DNA of 64,000 nucleotides from Squalus acanthias. Lineage: Eukaryota. A model generated the notes under the pieces. The model was not told the origin of the DNA, made no database searches, and was given only the letters and a program-made list of their open reading frames with translations. Shown in pieces: positions 48,890 through 60,621 of this stretch; position 1 is the stretch's first letter, and each line of letters opens with the position of its first letter. Made by a program: the position numbers and the translations under genes. The stretch is from assembly GCA_030390025.1 (NCBI GenBank), contig JASTWF010000334.1, positions 310,001-374,000 of the forward strand, in the 5' to 3' direction.

Positions 48890-49640
48890 ACATAAGAACA
48901 TAAGAATTAGGAGCAGGAGAAGGCCATTCGGCCCCTCGAGCCTGCTCCGCCATTCGATAAGATCATGGCTGATCTGATCTTGTCCTCAACGCCACTTTCC
49001 CGCCCACTCCCCATAACCCTTGACTCCCCTGTAGCTCAAATATCTGTCCATCTCCATCTTGAATATATTCAATGACTCCACCTCCACAGCTCCCTGGGGT
49101 AGAGAATTCCAACCCTCTGAGAGAAGAAATTCCTCCGTTTTAAATGGGCGACCCCTTATCCTGAAGCTTTGCCCCCTAGTTCTAGATTCCCATGATTATC
49201 GCAGTACCTTTCTTACAAGCCCCTATTATTTCTTGATTCATACTCTGTCCTACAGTGTAGCTACTGTTAGGGGGCCTATAGACTACTCCCACCAGTGACT
49301 TCTTTCCCTTACTATTTCTTATCTCCACCCAAACTGATTCTACATCTTGATCTTCTGAGCCAATATCATTTCTCACCACTGCACTGATCTCATCCTTTAT
49401 TAACAGAGCTACCCCACCTCCTTTTCTTTTCTGCCTATCCTTCTGAAATGTCAAATACCCCTGACTATTCAGTTCCCAGCCTTGGTCAACATGCAACCAC
49501 GTCTCTGTAATGGCTATCAGATCATACCCATTTATTTCTATTTGTGCCGTCAACTCATCTATCTTGTTACGAATGCTGCATGCATTCAGATAAAGAGCTT
49601 TTAATTTTTTCTTTATACCATTTTTACCTACTCTGAAGCT
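48890..49640 (-). mobile_element. Internally deleted CR1 fragment
   Basis: APE motifs (YLNA, ITETW, VYRPP) joined to a 3' end with (TTCTTATG)n tail. Confidence 0.8.
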
Positions 49641-49854
49641 ATTCTTTGGCCTGGGTACCCACCTGTCATGGGCCTGGATCCTGTGGAGTGTGTCGGGAGG
49701 CTGTGCCAATTTGGGGAGATAGTTTATTGTTAATTTGTGCCTTCAGTTACTATCACACCAACCAATAGAAACTGATCCAGTGAATTCCTCACTTGGCGTT
49801 GGGTGAGTTCACTGAAGAGGATTTCACTCACTGATCAGCTGATTAAACGGCTGG

Positions 49855-51787
49855 GGGTGGGGGCGCGATAGTGTCTAATAACCCCGGGGGGGGGGGGGGG
49901 TGGTGGGATAGTGTCTAATAACCCCGGGGGGGGGGGGGATAGTGTCTAATAAACCGGGGAGGTGGGGGGGGATAGTGTCTAATAACCCCGGGGAGGGGAT
50001 ACAGTGTCTAATAACCCGGGGGGGGGGGGGGGGATAGTGTCTAATAACCCCGGGGAGGGGGGGGGGATAGTGTCTAATAACCCCGGGGGGGGGGGGGGAT
50101 AGTGTCTAATAACCCCGGGGGGGGGGGGATAGTGTCTAATAACCCCGGGGGGGGGGGGGGGGGGGATAGTGTCTAATAACCCCGGGGGGGGGGGATAGTG
50201 TCTAATAACCCCGGGGAGGGGGAACAGTGTCTAATAACCCGGGGGGGGGGGGGGGGGATAGCGTCTAATAAACCGGGGAGGTGGGGGGGGATAGTGTCTA
50301 ATAACCCGGTGGGGGGGGGGGGGGATAGTGTCTAATAACCCGGTGGGGGGGGGGGGGATAGTGTCTAATAACCCCGGGGGGGGGGGGTGGGATAGTGTCT
50401 AATAACCCGGTGGGGGGGGGGGGATAGTTTCTAATAACCCGGGGAGGTGGGGGGGTTAGTGTCTAATAACCCCGGGGGGGGGGGGGGGATAGTGTCTAAT
50501 AACCCCGGGGGGGGAGGCGGGATAGTGTCTAATAACCCCGGGGGGGGGGGGGATAGTGTCTAATAACCCCGGGGGGGGAGGGGGGGGGATAGTGTCTAAT
50601 AACCCCGGGGGGGAGGGGGGGGGATAGTGTCTAATAACCCCGGGGGGGGGGGGGAGGATAGTGTCTAATAACCCCGGGGGGGTGATAGTGTCTTATAACC
50701 CGGGGGGGGGGGGGATAGTGTCTAATAACCCCGGGGGGGGTGGGGGATAGTGTCTAATAACCCGGGGGGGGTGGGGGATAGTGTCTAATAACCCTGGGGG
50801 AGGGGGGGGGGGATAGTGTCTAATAACCCCGGGGGAGGGGGGGGTAGTGTCTAATACCCCGGGGGATAGTGTCTAATAACCCCGGGGGGGGGGATAGTGT
50901 CTTATAACCCGGGGGGGGGGGGGGGGGAGTGATAGTGTCTAATAACCCCGGGAGGAGGGGGGGGGGGGAGAGTGTCTAATAACCCCGGGGGGTGGGGGGG
51001 GGATAGTGTCTAATAACCCGGGGGATAGTGTCTAATAACCCCGGGGGGGGGGGGGGGATAGTTTCTAATAACCCCGGGGGAGGGGGGGGGGAGAGTGTCT
51101 AATAACCCCGGGGGGTGGGGGGGGATAGTGTCTAATAACCCCGGGGGAGGGGGGGGGGGTAGTGTCTAATAACCCGGGGGGGGTGGGGGGGATAGTGTCT
51201 AATAACCCCGGGGGATGGGGGGGGGATAGTGTCTAATAACCCCGGGGGGTGGGGGGGGGATAGTGTCTAATAACCCCGGGGGGGGGGAGGTAGTGTCTAA
51301 TAACCCCGGGGGAGGGGGGGGGGAGAGAGTGTCTAATAACCCCGGGATAGGGATAGTGTCTAATAACCCCGGGGGGTGGGGGGGGGGGATAGTGTCTAAT
51401 AACCCCGGGGGGTGGGGGGGGATAGTGTCTAATAACCCCGGGGGGGGAGGTAGTGTCTAATAACCCCGGGGAGGGGGGGGGGGGAGAGAGTGTCTAATAA
51501 CCCCGGGGGGTGGGGGGGGATAGTGTCTAATAACCCCGGGGGGTGGGGGGGGGATAGTGTCTAATAACCCCGGGGGGGGTGGGGGATAGTGTCTATTAAC
51601 CCTGGGGGAGGGGGGGGGTAGTGTCTAATAACCCCGGGGGAGGGGGGATAGTGTCTAATAACCCCGGGGGGTGGGGGAGGGGGGGGGATAGTGTCTAATA
51701 ACCCCGGGGGAGGGGGGGGGATAGTGTCTAATAACCCCGGGGGAGGGGGGGGGTAGTGTCTAATAACTCCGGGGAGGGGATAGTGTT
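49855..51787 (+). repeat. G-run minisatellite, right-arm copy (about 60 units)
   Basis: Reverse complement of the unit at 40765-41790. Confidence 0.95.
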
Positions 51788-53569
51788 GATCATGGGATCT
51801 GTGTTCAAATGCACAGTGTAAGTTGATGTGGCGATGCAGTGTTTAAAGTGATGGTAGTTGATGTGGGCCTAGTCTCTGTGGATCCTGAGCTCCTGGGCCT
51901 CCCTCTCCCACCACCAGTAACACTGACCCAGTTAATGTAACAATCACCACTGATTTCATGTGGAACAGAATCTCTGCCAATGAGTTGAGTTGCTCCATTG
52001 TTGAAGGATCTCCATCTCAACGGGTGGATTAATTCCCAGCAGATTGTTTTCATTTCCCCCAGTGGAAAACTGACATTACTCTCTCTGAAGGATCATTAAT
52101 GAGGCCTTAACAAGTAAGAACAGATTTTTCAACAATGATAATTGTTATCAATTTATCATGCTTGCTGCCCTTATTCTTGGTTGTAAATGGGGAGCAGTAC
52201 AGATAGGATATAACTGGGGAGAGGGGGTTCAATGTCTCTGAGTTTCCGCCTGTCTCACCTTTGTTGCCAATTATGTTTGTTCCTGGATGCTGGTTCTAAA
52301 CTAAATAACAGCCTTGCAGTTGTTGTAGTGCAGTTGTTGTAGTGCATCCAGACCGGTTCAGGTGATTCCATGAACAGATCTCCAGCTATTTCAGATCAGA
52401 ACCCAACACCCCCATAAATAGCAGACCGTGGTTGAACGAGGACAACACTGATCAGGCCTGAACAGACTTTTAAATGGAACATTGAAAACATTGTCACTGG
52501 GTTCAGATTTATCTGAAATACATAGGGGGTTATTTTGGCCAAAGGGTGAAAACAGGCACTAAATGGGTGTAGTGCTAATAAAACTAGCCTGTCTGAAAGT
52601 CCGGATTTAGCACACAATTTTGGTCCTAATTGCTGATTGCCATAATTTGAACTTGCCTGGAGATACTAAACCAGATCCCTGCAGGTTTAACACTCAAGTG
52701 CTGATTAGACGCAATTTTCGTGGAGCAGTATGTGTGGGCTCCTCGCACCCACTTCCACTGAAGGTGTGGAGTGCTCTGGCTGGCATAAAGCGGCGCGTTG
52801 CAGGATGGCTTAGGGACCGAGGGAGAGGGTGCACAGGTTCTCGAATGTAGCACTGGAGGTCCTGGTGGAGGAGGTCCAGAGGAGGAGCGTTGTCCTCTGC
52901 CCACAGGACTCCACCTCACTCTCCTGGTCCTTTGACCTGCAGCAGCTGCTGCTGCTCTGCCTGGCCTCATGTTCTCCTCTCATCCCTCGTCCAGACCAAG
53001 GGGGACCCCTAGCAAGATGCCCATGACCAAGCACTCCCTTTCTCCTGGTGACTCCTATAACATGTCCAATAAAGTGGAGTAGCCCAGCATTTACTCTTTT
53101 TAGGTGAAGGCCTCAGAGAACTTCCGAAATAAATGTTGCTCAAGTGTTGGTGTGGTCTTGAAAAAGCGTCCCAGAAAGTCTTCCGATATGTTTCAGGGAT
53201 CCTCTTCTCAGCTCCAGCCGCAATGAACATGAAATGGTGAGTATCCCTTGAAGTAATGTTTGAAATCGACATCTGGTTGCTGTTAGGAGAGGGCGTTAGT
53301 TGAAGCGTCAGCTGGTAAAATGCTGTGCCGCCTCTTTAATGACTACTAGCAGGTATCTTAAGTGGCAATCAGCTGTTTAACAAACCTCTGGGCGGCCGTT
53401 CCCAGCACTGGCTTTAACTCATTTACCAAGATGGCCGGCGCAAAATTCGGATCTGTAATGCCCGTATTCTGGGCACTACGAGTACCCTTAGGGGTAAAAA
53501 TTCAAAATAACAACAGAAAACGCTGGAAAAACTCAGCAGGCCAGGCAGCATCCGTGGAGAGAGAAAGAG

Positions 53570-53606
53570 AGTTAACGTTTCAGGTCGATGACCTTTCATC
53601 AGAACT
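53570..53606 (-). ncRNA. Minimal type I hammerhead ribozyme in a ~115-bp Penelope terminal fragment
   Basis: AGTT-CTGATGA-A-AGGTC-atc-GACCT-GAAACGTT-AACT: intact core, stems I and II, palindromic stem III. Confidence 0.75.
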
Positions 53607-54122
53607 GTGAAGAGCCGGAAATCAGTTGGTTGCGCCTCCCGTTAGCGCCTTAAGAGGGCGCTAATGGGGCGTTAAGGCGCTAACGCCCGGGCGCAGCGCT
53701 GTTTGCGCCGCTCGAGAACTTAACTTGAGATTGTGCGGCGGCGCTAAAACTTACCGCTGCGACCACCTGCGCGCGCAGATTGTGACGTCATTCCGTGGTG
53801 CAACGCCCTTGGGGCGCCCCGGAGCGGAAATTGAGTGGCGCCCCCTGCCTTACCGCCTGGCGCTTCCAACGACCGGAAGACTGGAACGTTATCAATCGGT
53901 GTGGGGCTGGGGGGGGCGCTATTTAAAGGGGGCCTCTTCCTGTCTTTTTCTGTGGTCGACATTTATGCACCACTCGTTCTGAGAGAGAGAGAGAGATTCG
54001 GAGAGAGAGAGAGAGAGACTTCTACATTGACTCAACGCTTTGTGAGGTAGTTTTGCCTAGTTCATCCTAACTTTGCTGCTACTTTCGTTGCTGTACCTCA
54101 TTACTTTTCTGGCAAAGAGAAT

Positions 54123-55273
54123 ATGGGGGCTGCAATGATTGGGGGCGTCGTCCTGCTCCAGCTCAATCGGAGGATAGTGAGACGCAGACAGAGAGTGGCA
54201 ATGATGGCCAGACGGAGGAGGGCCATCAGGCGCATGTACAGGAGAGCTTACCCTCCCAGGGTATATCGTGAACAGCTCTCCTACATCCACATGTCCGAGG
54301 AGCTGTGTTTGCGAAGGCTGCGATTCAGCAAGGAGGTGGTCACTGAGCTCTGCCACCTGCTGCAGCCAGATCTGCAGCCTCAGCTGAGGTCCAGGACGTC
54401 TCTGTCGGTGGCAGTGAAGGTCACAGTGGCTTTGAACTTCTACGCCACTGGCTCATTCCAAGCTGCTGTTGGGGACCTCGCCAATATCTCCCAGTTTGCG
54501 GTGCATCGCTGCATCCGGCAGGTCACCAATGCCCTCTTCACAAGGAGACGAGACTTCATCTCCTTCCCTATGACCCCAGACAAGCAGCATGACCGTGCTA
54601 TGGGCTTTGCGAGGGTAGCGGGCTTCCCCATGGTGCAGGGCGCCATTGACTGCACGCATGTGGCTTTGCGTGCTCCGCGAGAGAATGCAGAGGAGTTCCG
54701 GAACAGAAAGGGGTTCCATTCCTTGAATGTGCAGTTGGTCTGTGACCACAGACAGGTGATTCTCGCTGTCAATGCCCACTATCCGGGCAGCTGCCACGAT
54801 GCTTTCATCCTGCGCCAGAGTACTGTGGCAGAAATTTTCGAGGCACCGCATCAGCCAGTTGGTTGGCTTCTGGGGGACAAGGGGTACGCATTGAGCACCT
54901 GGCTGATGACACCGCTCCGTGCGCCAAACACCCCTGCTGAGCTGCGGTACCAGGAAAGCCAACAAGCAACCAGGACATTATTGAGCGCACAATCGGCGTG
55001 CTCAAACAACGATTCCGCTGTCTGGACCATTCCGGCGGAGCCCTGCAGTACTCGCCTGAGCAAGTTTCCAAATTCGTAGTGGTGTGCTGCATGTTGCACA
55101 ACATGGCAATCCTCAGGACGCAGCCAATGCCACCAGGCCTTGTAGCACCACCAGAGGAGGAGGAGGAAGAGGACGAGGACGATGATCAGCAGCAGCACCA
55201 AGGCAGGAGGGCGGCCCACAATGGTCAAACTGCAAGGGCCGTCCGTCAACGACTAATAGCAAGCCGCTTCTAG
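54123..55273 (+). pseudogene. Harbinger DDE transposase with a single 1-bp deletion near 54974
   Basis: GAIDCTH, NRKG, PGSCHD, GDKGY, then IERTIGVLKQRFRCL...CCMLHN in the next frame. Confidence 0.92.
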
Positions 55274-55567
55274 GGCCCCTGCCATTGCTACAAACACGAA
55301 TCAACCCAGCACGCAACCCCTAAGCCGGCCAAGGCACCAATAATTCCAACCACCAGCCATGTATATTTTGAATACAGAAACTTATTTATTGTACAAACTC
55401 TGTGTGTGTCAATTCCTCATGACAAACTCATAGAAATAAACACAAAAAAACAGTCAATAACATAACTGGTTCTCACAACCTGGAGATAATGTCCAAAACA
55501 CTAAACAAAAGTTGGGCCATGAACCTCGGCCTTTAATAAAAAAATGACCAGCATTTTGGCACACCTC

Positions 55568-57564
55568 CTACTTTTTGCCCTTCGAGGGTGATCTCCTTCC
55601 CTTGCGCACTTCCCCCCTTCTAACCCTACTGCTCCTCCGTAATGGGACCTCAGTGGCTGCAGCAAGGCTGGTGGAAGGCTGCTGCTTGTCAGACCCTGAC
55701 ACTGCAGATGCCCCTGAAGGACGGCCTCGACCACTTCTGGGCCTGGAGGGCCCGGCTGCAGACTGCACCAACTCTGCATGGGCGGCAGCAGTCTGTCCTA
55801 CAGGCGGTGGCAAGTGCAGTGGAGAAGTGACAGTGTTGGCAGCAGGAATGCTGTCATCGTGAGAGAGGACAGCAACTCCCTGCTCGCCCGACACACTGGC
55901 ACTCCCACGGGGCAGCACTTCAGCATCCGGAGCAATTTGCCGGAGAACAGATTGCTGGCCTGCTGCGGCGCGGTGACAGCCCCGGGGACATGTGCACGAA
56001 CCATCGAGGATGGCAGCAGTCAGTGCTCGCGTGGCCTCAATCTGAGTCTGCATGAGAGCAGTCTCAGATGGGTTCCTGGCAGCCAGTGACTGAATTGCAG
56101 CACTAAGCTTTAGTGTGGCATCCGCCTGTGCTACAGCGAAGTGCTCCACACTCCTTGCCAGTGCCTCAATGCATTCGGGCACCCTTCCCACTGCACCCAT
56201 GAGCTCAGTGTGCATGCCCACCGCCTGGCAGTTCATTTCTGCAATCAGCCGCTCCTCCTCTGCGTCCATTGCATTAGGAGTGTCTGGCATACTCTCCCTC
56301 TGGGGAGAAGGCTCCCGTTCTTCCCTCCCCCCCCCATGGCGTGGCTGCAGCCCGCTGGGTCCTGCAGCTTCACCATCATCAGCCCCTTCCCCCCTGCTCC
56401 CCCGTTCTTCCCTCCCCCCCCAATGGCGTTGCTGCAGCCCGCTGGGTCCTGGAGCTTCACCATCATCAGCCCCTTCCCCCCTGCTCCCCCGTTCTTCCCT
56501 CCCCCCCCAATGGCGTTGCTGCAGCCCGCTGGGTCCTGGAGCTTCACCATCATCAGCCCCTTCCCCCCTGCTCCCCTCCGGGGAAGGCGTGTTCCCAGTG
56601 TGGCCATGGGCTTCCTCGGGAGAGGGTGGCACTGATGCTCCGGCTTCCTCTTCCTCCTCAGCTGCAGCATCACTCCCAGTGGCAGCTTCAGGGACCATCT
56701 CCTCAGCTGGTGAATCACCATCTGAAAGCAGGGAGGTACAAGAGTGGCTTTAGCGTGAGGACAGGGTGGCAGTAAGGGAGGAATAAGTGCAGCGAGTTAG
56801 CAAGTTGGATTGAAAGTGTCAAAGGCTGGTATTGTGAGGGACAAGTGGAAGGACAGAGGACAAAAAGGTGATGACCTTACCATTGCTGTCCACAACGGGG
56901 TCGGCGTCCCCAGTGGCGACGGGACCGATCACCCGGCTTGCCACAATCCTGTGGACGCGCTCCTCCAGATCGCTGAGGGATTGCAGCTGAAGCCGCCCTC
57001 CACCCGTCCGTTGCTGCTGTCTCCGATTATGAGCCAGCTTAGCCTGCAAGAAAAAGGACAGCATCTGAGTAAATATACAGCCATGGTCTTGCCTGATGTG
57101 CCTCCCATAGGTGAATAGCCCTTACAATATGCAGCCATGGTCTTGCCTGATGTGCCTCCCATAGGTGAATAGCCCTTACTGTATGCAAAGTGTGGAATGT
57201 GTGTGTGTGTTTGATGAAAGGGCCATAGGTGTTGCATGAGTGTTGTGCATTGGGGTTTTAAGACCCTCTGGCCATATAGTGAGGTTGAGATGGAGGGATG
57301 GAGAGGTATTGAGAAAAAGCCACTCACCCTGACGACCCAAGTGAGGTCATTGAATTTTTTGCGGCACTGAACATGGGTCCTGGGCACCATGCTCCTGGAG
57401 GAGACGCTCTGAGCCACCTCCCTCCACACTCTTCTGAACTCGCGTGGCAAAGGCCTCCTGCCACTCTCCGGGAACAGCATGCATCGTCTGCGCTCCACTG
57501 CGTCAACCAGAGCATCCAAGGCCCGCTCGGTGAAGCGATGAGCGCGTTCTCTCACCCTCTCCAT
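55568..57564 (-). CDS. Harbinger Myb/SANT-like DNA-binding protein; exons 57564-57328, 57043-56881, 56721-55568; 517 aa, uninterrupted
   Basis: RFTERALDALV...W..VA...RT..QCRKKFNDL; GT-AG introns in phases 0 and 1 give one open frame. Confidence 0.85.
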
Positions 57565-58364
57565 GCTTGGCAGCAAAATGGATTACAGGTCTCTCCAGGC
57601 TGAGATTCAAGGCTGCAATGAGCAGGGTGTGGCTGGGGAGCAAGTGGCCCCCCCCCCCGCTTTAAGAAGTGTCCGGCGCCAGTGTGTCTGTGTTACCTCG
57701 CTAACTGGCAGCAGCTGCGCTGCGCTCGTGCGCTGAGGTAGCGCCTCACTCCTAGGCCTTTGCGCCTTAAGAGAGGTGTGCAGCGCCTAATTTAGCGCTC
57801 CACTCACCTCCCGGGGCGGTAAAAGTGAAGTTTCCTGTCAGTGCCGATAATTAGCGCCAGGCGCTAATATTTGCGCGCGGACGATATTTGCGCCCCAAAT
57901 GGGGCGCGACCTAATTTCTACCCCTTAGAGTTCCAAAATAGCATCCGCGGTGTGCGCACACACTCGTGGGGTGAATCGCACCAGACGCCATATTGGTGAG
58001 GGCATTTGCACACCGCCTGCCGGAAGTATGCAAAGCAGGCAGATGATGCCGTCAACAGTGTGCAACGCTGATTTGACGCCATTGCTGCCATTTTGGAGCT
58101 CAATGCTCCAGCTGACGCCCTCTCTTAACCTCGCACAACTGAACACGCATTCAACAGCTGGAAGAACCCCTACTAGCGCTATTTAAAGGGATCATCAACT
58201 ATTCACAGCTGGTTGATTTCTTCTGGTTGTTGGTACGTGTCTACAAGTGTTTGGTGCTTTCTATAGTTGTTTCAAGTTGCCAAAGTCTACAGGGAATGGT
58301 GTGGCAGGTGCTGAAGGACTTTTTCCTGACTTCAAGGCTTCTGCACAAACCACTTGCTGCCAGA

Positions 58365-59175
58365 CATGGGTGCGCTAGTCGGAATTCCTCCTGGAATACA
58401 GCATGACTTGGAGAATGAACAGAGGGCATGCAGAGCAGGACAAGCTGCTGGAAGAGGGAGGAGGAGGAGGGGGAGAAGGACTCTCAGAAGAAGGCCATAT
58501 CTGCCCAGGGTGTCAGGGAGCAATTCTCTTACCTGAACCTCAGTGAGGAACAATGTGTGAGACGTCTGCACTTCAGTAAGGACGTCCTCACTGAAATATG
58601 CCACCTGCTGCAGCCACAACTACAACCTCAGAGCAGAGAAAGGACTCCATTGCTAGTGGGTGTGAAGGTGACCGTGGTAATGAACCTTTATGCGTCAGAC
58701 TCCTTACAGGCTGGAGCTGGATATATTTGCAACATCTCGCAGTTTGCCATCCACTGTTGCATAAGGGAGGTCACTGAGGCTCTCTATTTAAGAGAGCTGA
58801 CTACATTTCATTTTCTCTTGCCATAGACCAGCAGGCGGAGTGAGCACGCAGCTTCACAAGGATTGCAGGCTTTCCCATGGTGCAGGGCGCCATTGATTGC
58901 ACACACATCTCTTTGCGGGCAGCGGATGTCAACTCTGCCATGTACTGGAACCGAAAGGAATTCCACTCCCTCAACGTGCAGCTGGTGCGTGACCATAGGC
59001 AGCGAATCATGCAGGTCAATGCCCGGTATCTTGGAAGCATTCATGGTGCCTTCATTCTGCGGCAGTCCGCCATGCCATCTGCATTTGAGCCGTCATGGCA
59101 AACCAAAGGGTGGCTACTGGGTGACAAGGGCTATCCGCTTATGACATGGCCAATAACTCCTGTGCACAACCTCTG
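58365..59175 (+). pseudogene. Degenerate Harbinger transposase
   Basis: RRLHFSKDV, GAIDCTH, GDKGY with frameshifts; 3' end deleted. Confidence 0.85.
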
Positions 59176-59179
59176 GGAT

Positions 59180-60621
59180 CCAGAGCCATGGTGGCAGCAG
59201 TCTGAGCTTCCACTGCAGCACCCAGACATTGAGTGGCTGCTGCTTGTGCTGCAATGGAAGCTGAGACATCGGCCATCAGACGCTGCATCATAGTTGGGGC
59301 CACAAGTGTGCTAATGGAGTTGGCCACCACGTCCATGCTGGGAAGGATTGGCTCCAAGCTCTGTGCAAAGCCCTGCACCAAGTTGGTGCCCAAATCATCC
59401 ATGCTGCTTGACATTGCACGCAGGCTTTCTGGCAGGCTTCCCAATGCACCAGGCATTTCAGTGTGTACACCCATCAGCCTTCTTCTGTAGCTTCCCCCGT
59501 CGAAGTCCTCATCTGAGTCCTCTGCAGCAGAACTCATTTGCGACCTCACCCTCTGGCGAGCTGGCACCTGCGCTATCCTTTACCCCTGCCCTGGCTGCAG
59601 CCCACTCGTGCCCGGTGTCTCACCACGTGTAGAACCCGCCTCAATGCTATCCTCTAAATGACGTGCAGTATCAATAACTGAGCTGGTGGCTGCGAGTGTT
59701 AAATCGAGTGACTGTGTCTTCATATTCACTATCTTCCTGTTCTTCCACCACTGCCTGGCCAGGTGGCAGTTCTTGGGTGTCTGAAAGGAAAAAGGCACGT
59801 GGGTAAGTTTGTGGTGAGGGGATAGGGGGCTAATGTAATAGGTGCATGCTTACACCATCTACAGCTTGTAAACCAGAAGAGATTGTAGGATGAGTGGGAA
59901 GTGGGATGTGAGACGGAGGATTAGATATGAGGATACCATCATCTTCTATGGTTTCAGCCCCGCTGCTGGCTACGGTCTCAGCAATGGCCGTTCCAATAAT
60001 GGCCAGCACTGTCTCCTCCATGGGGGTTAGGACGTGCAGGTACGCCTGTCCCCCGCTTGTTAGCTACTGCTGCCTCTGGTTGTGCACCACCTTGTCCTGC
60101 AAGAGAGAGGGAAATGTGTCAGTGAGTGTGGTGGAATCTGTTTGGGTGATGTGGCTGTCATGATTGAATAGCTGGCAGTATAAGAAAGCTGTGAGATGTG
60201 GGTGTGAAGCTTGCAACAGTGCTAAGTGTGTGAGGGTGAGGTGAAACTATGAATGTTCGGTATGAGTCCTGATTGATAGAGATTGTTGGTAGGTGAGTGA
60301 TGGGGGTGTGGTGCATTGAGCAGTGGCTGAGGGTAGTGGTGCAGTTGGTACGATATGACATTTGAAGATGCATCCACTGACCTTGACCATTCGTGTGAGG
60401 TCATTGAACTTCTTACGGAACTGCACGAAGGGCCTCAGGGCTTGACCCCTGGCACTGACTGCCACGGCTACCTGCTTCCACTGTCTTCTGAGTGTGTGTC
60501 TGGAGGGCCTCCTGGCCCCCTGCGGATACAGCACTTCTTTGCTCCTTTCCACCTCCTCCACCAGGGCCTCCAGTGCAGCGTCGGAAAACCTTGGAGCCCG
60601 CTGTTTCCCATCTTGTGCCAT
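59180..60621 (-). pseudogene. Degenerate Harbinger Myb/SANT gene
   Basis: RAPRFSDAALEALVEEV...FRKKFNDL; downstream parts resemble 55568-57564. Confidence 0.8.

Larger units (their letters stand above)
53491..57924. mobile_element. Inner, near-intact autonomous PIF/Harbinger transposon
   Basis: TIRs GGGGTAAAAATT / AATTTCTACCCC; perfect TSD TTA; convergent transposase and Myb/SANT genes. Confidence 0.92.

Noticed and set aside
40765..51787. CRISPR-like array (constant repeat with variable spacers)
   Set aside because: The spacers are only G/C homopolymers, there are no cas genes, and the context is vertebrate.
54123..57564. Domesticated HARBI1/NAIF1-type host genes
   Set aside because: Flanked by TIRs and a TSD, with several related decayed copies nearby, so a transposon.
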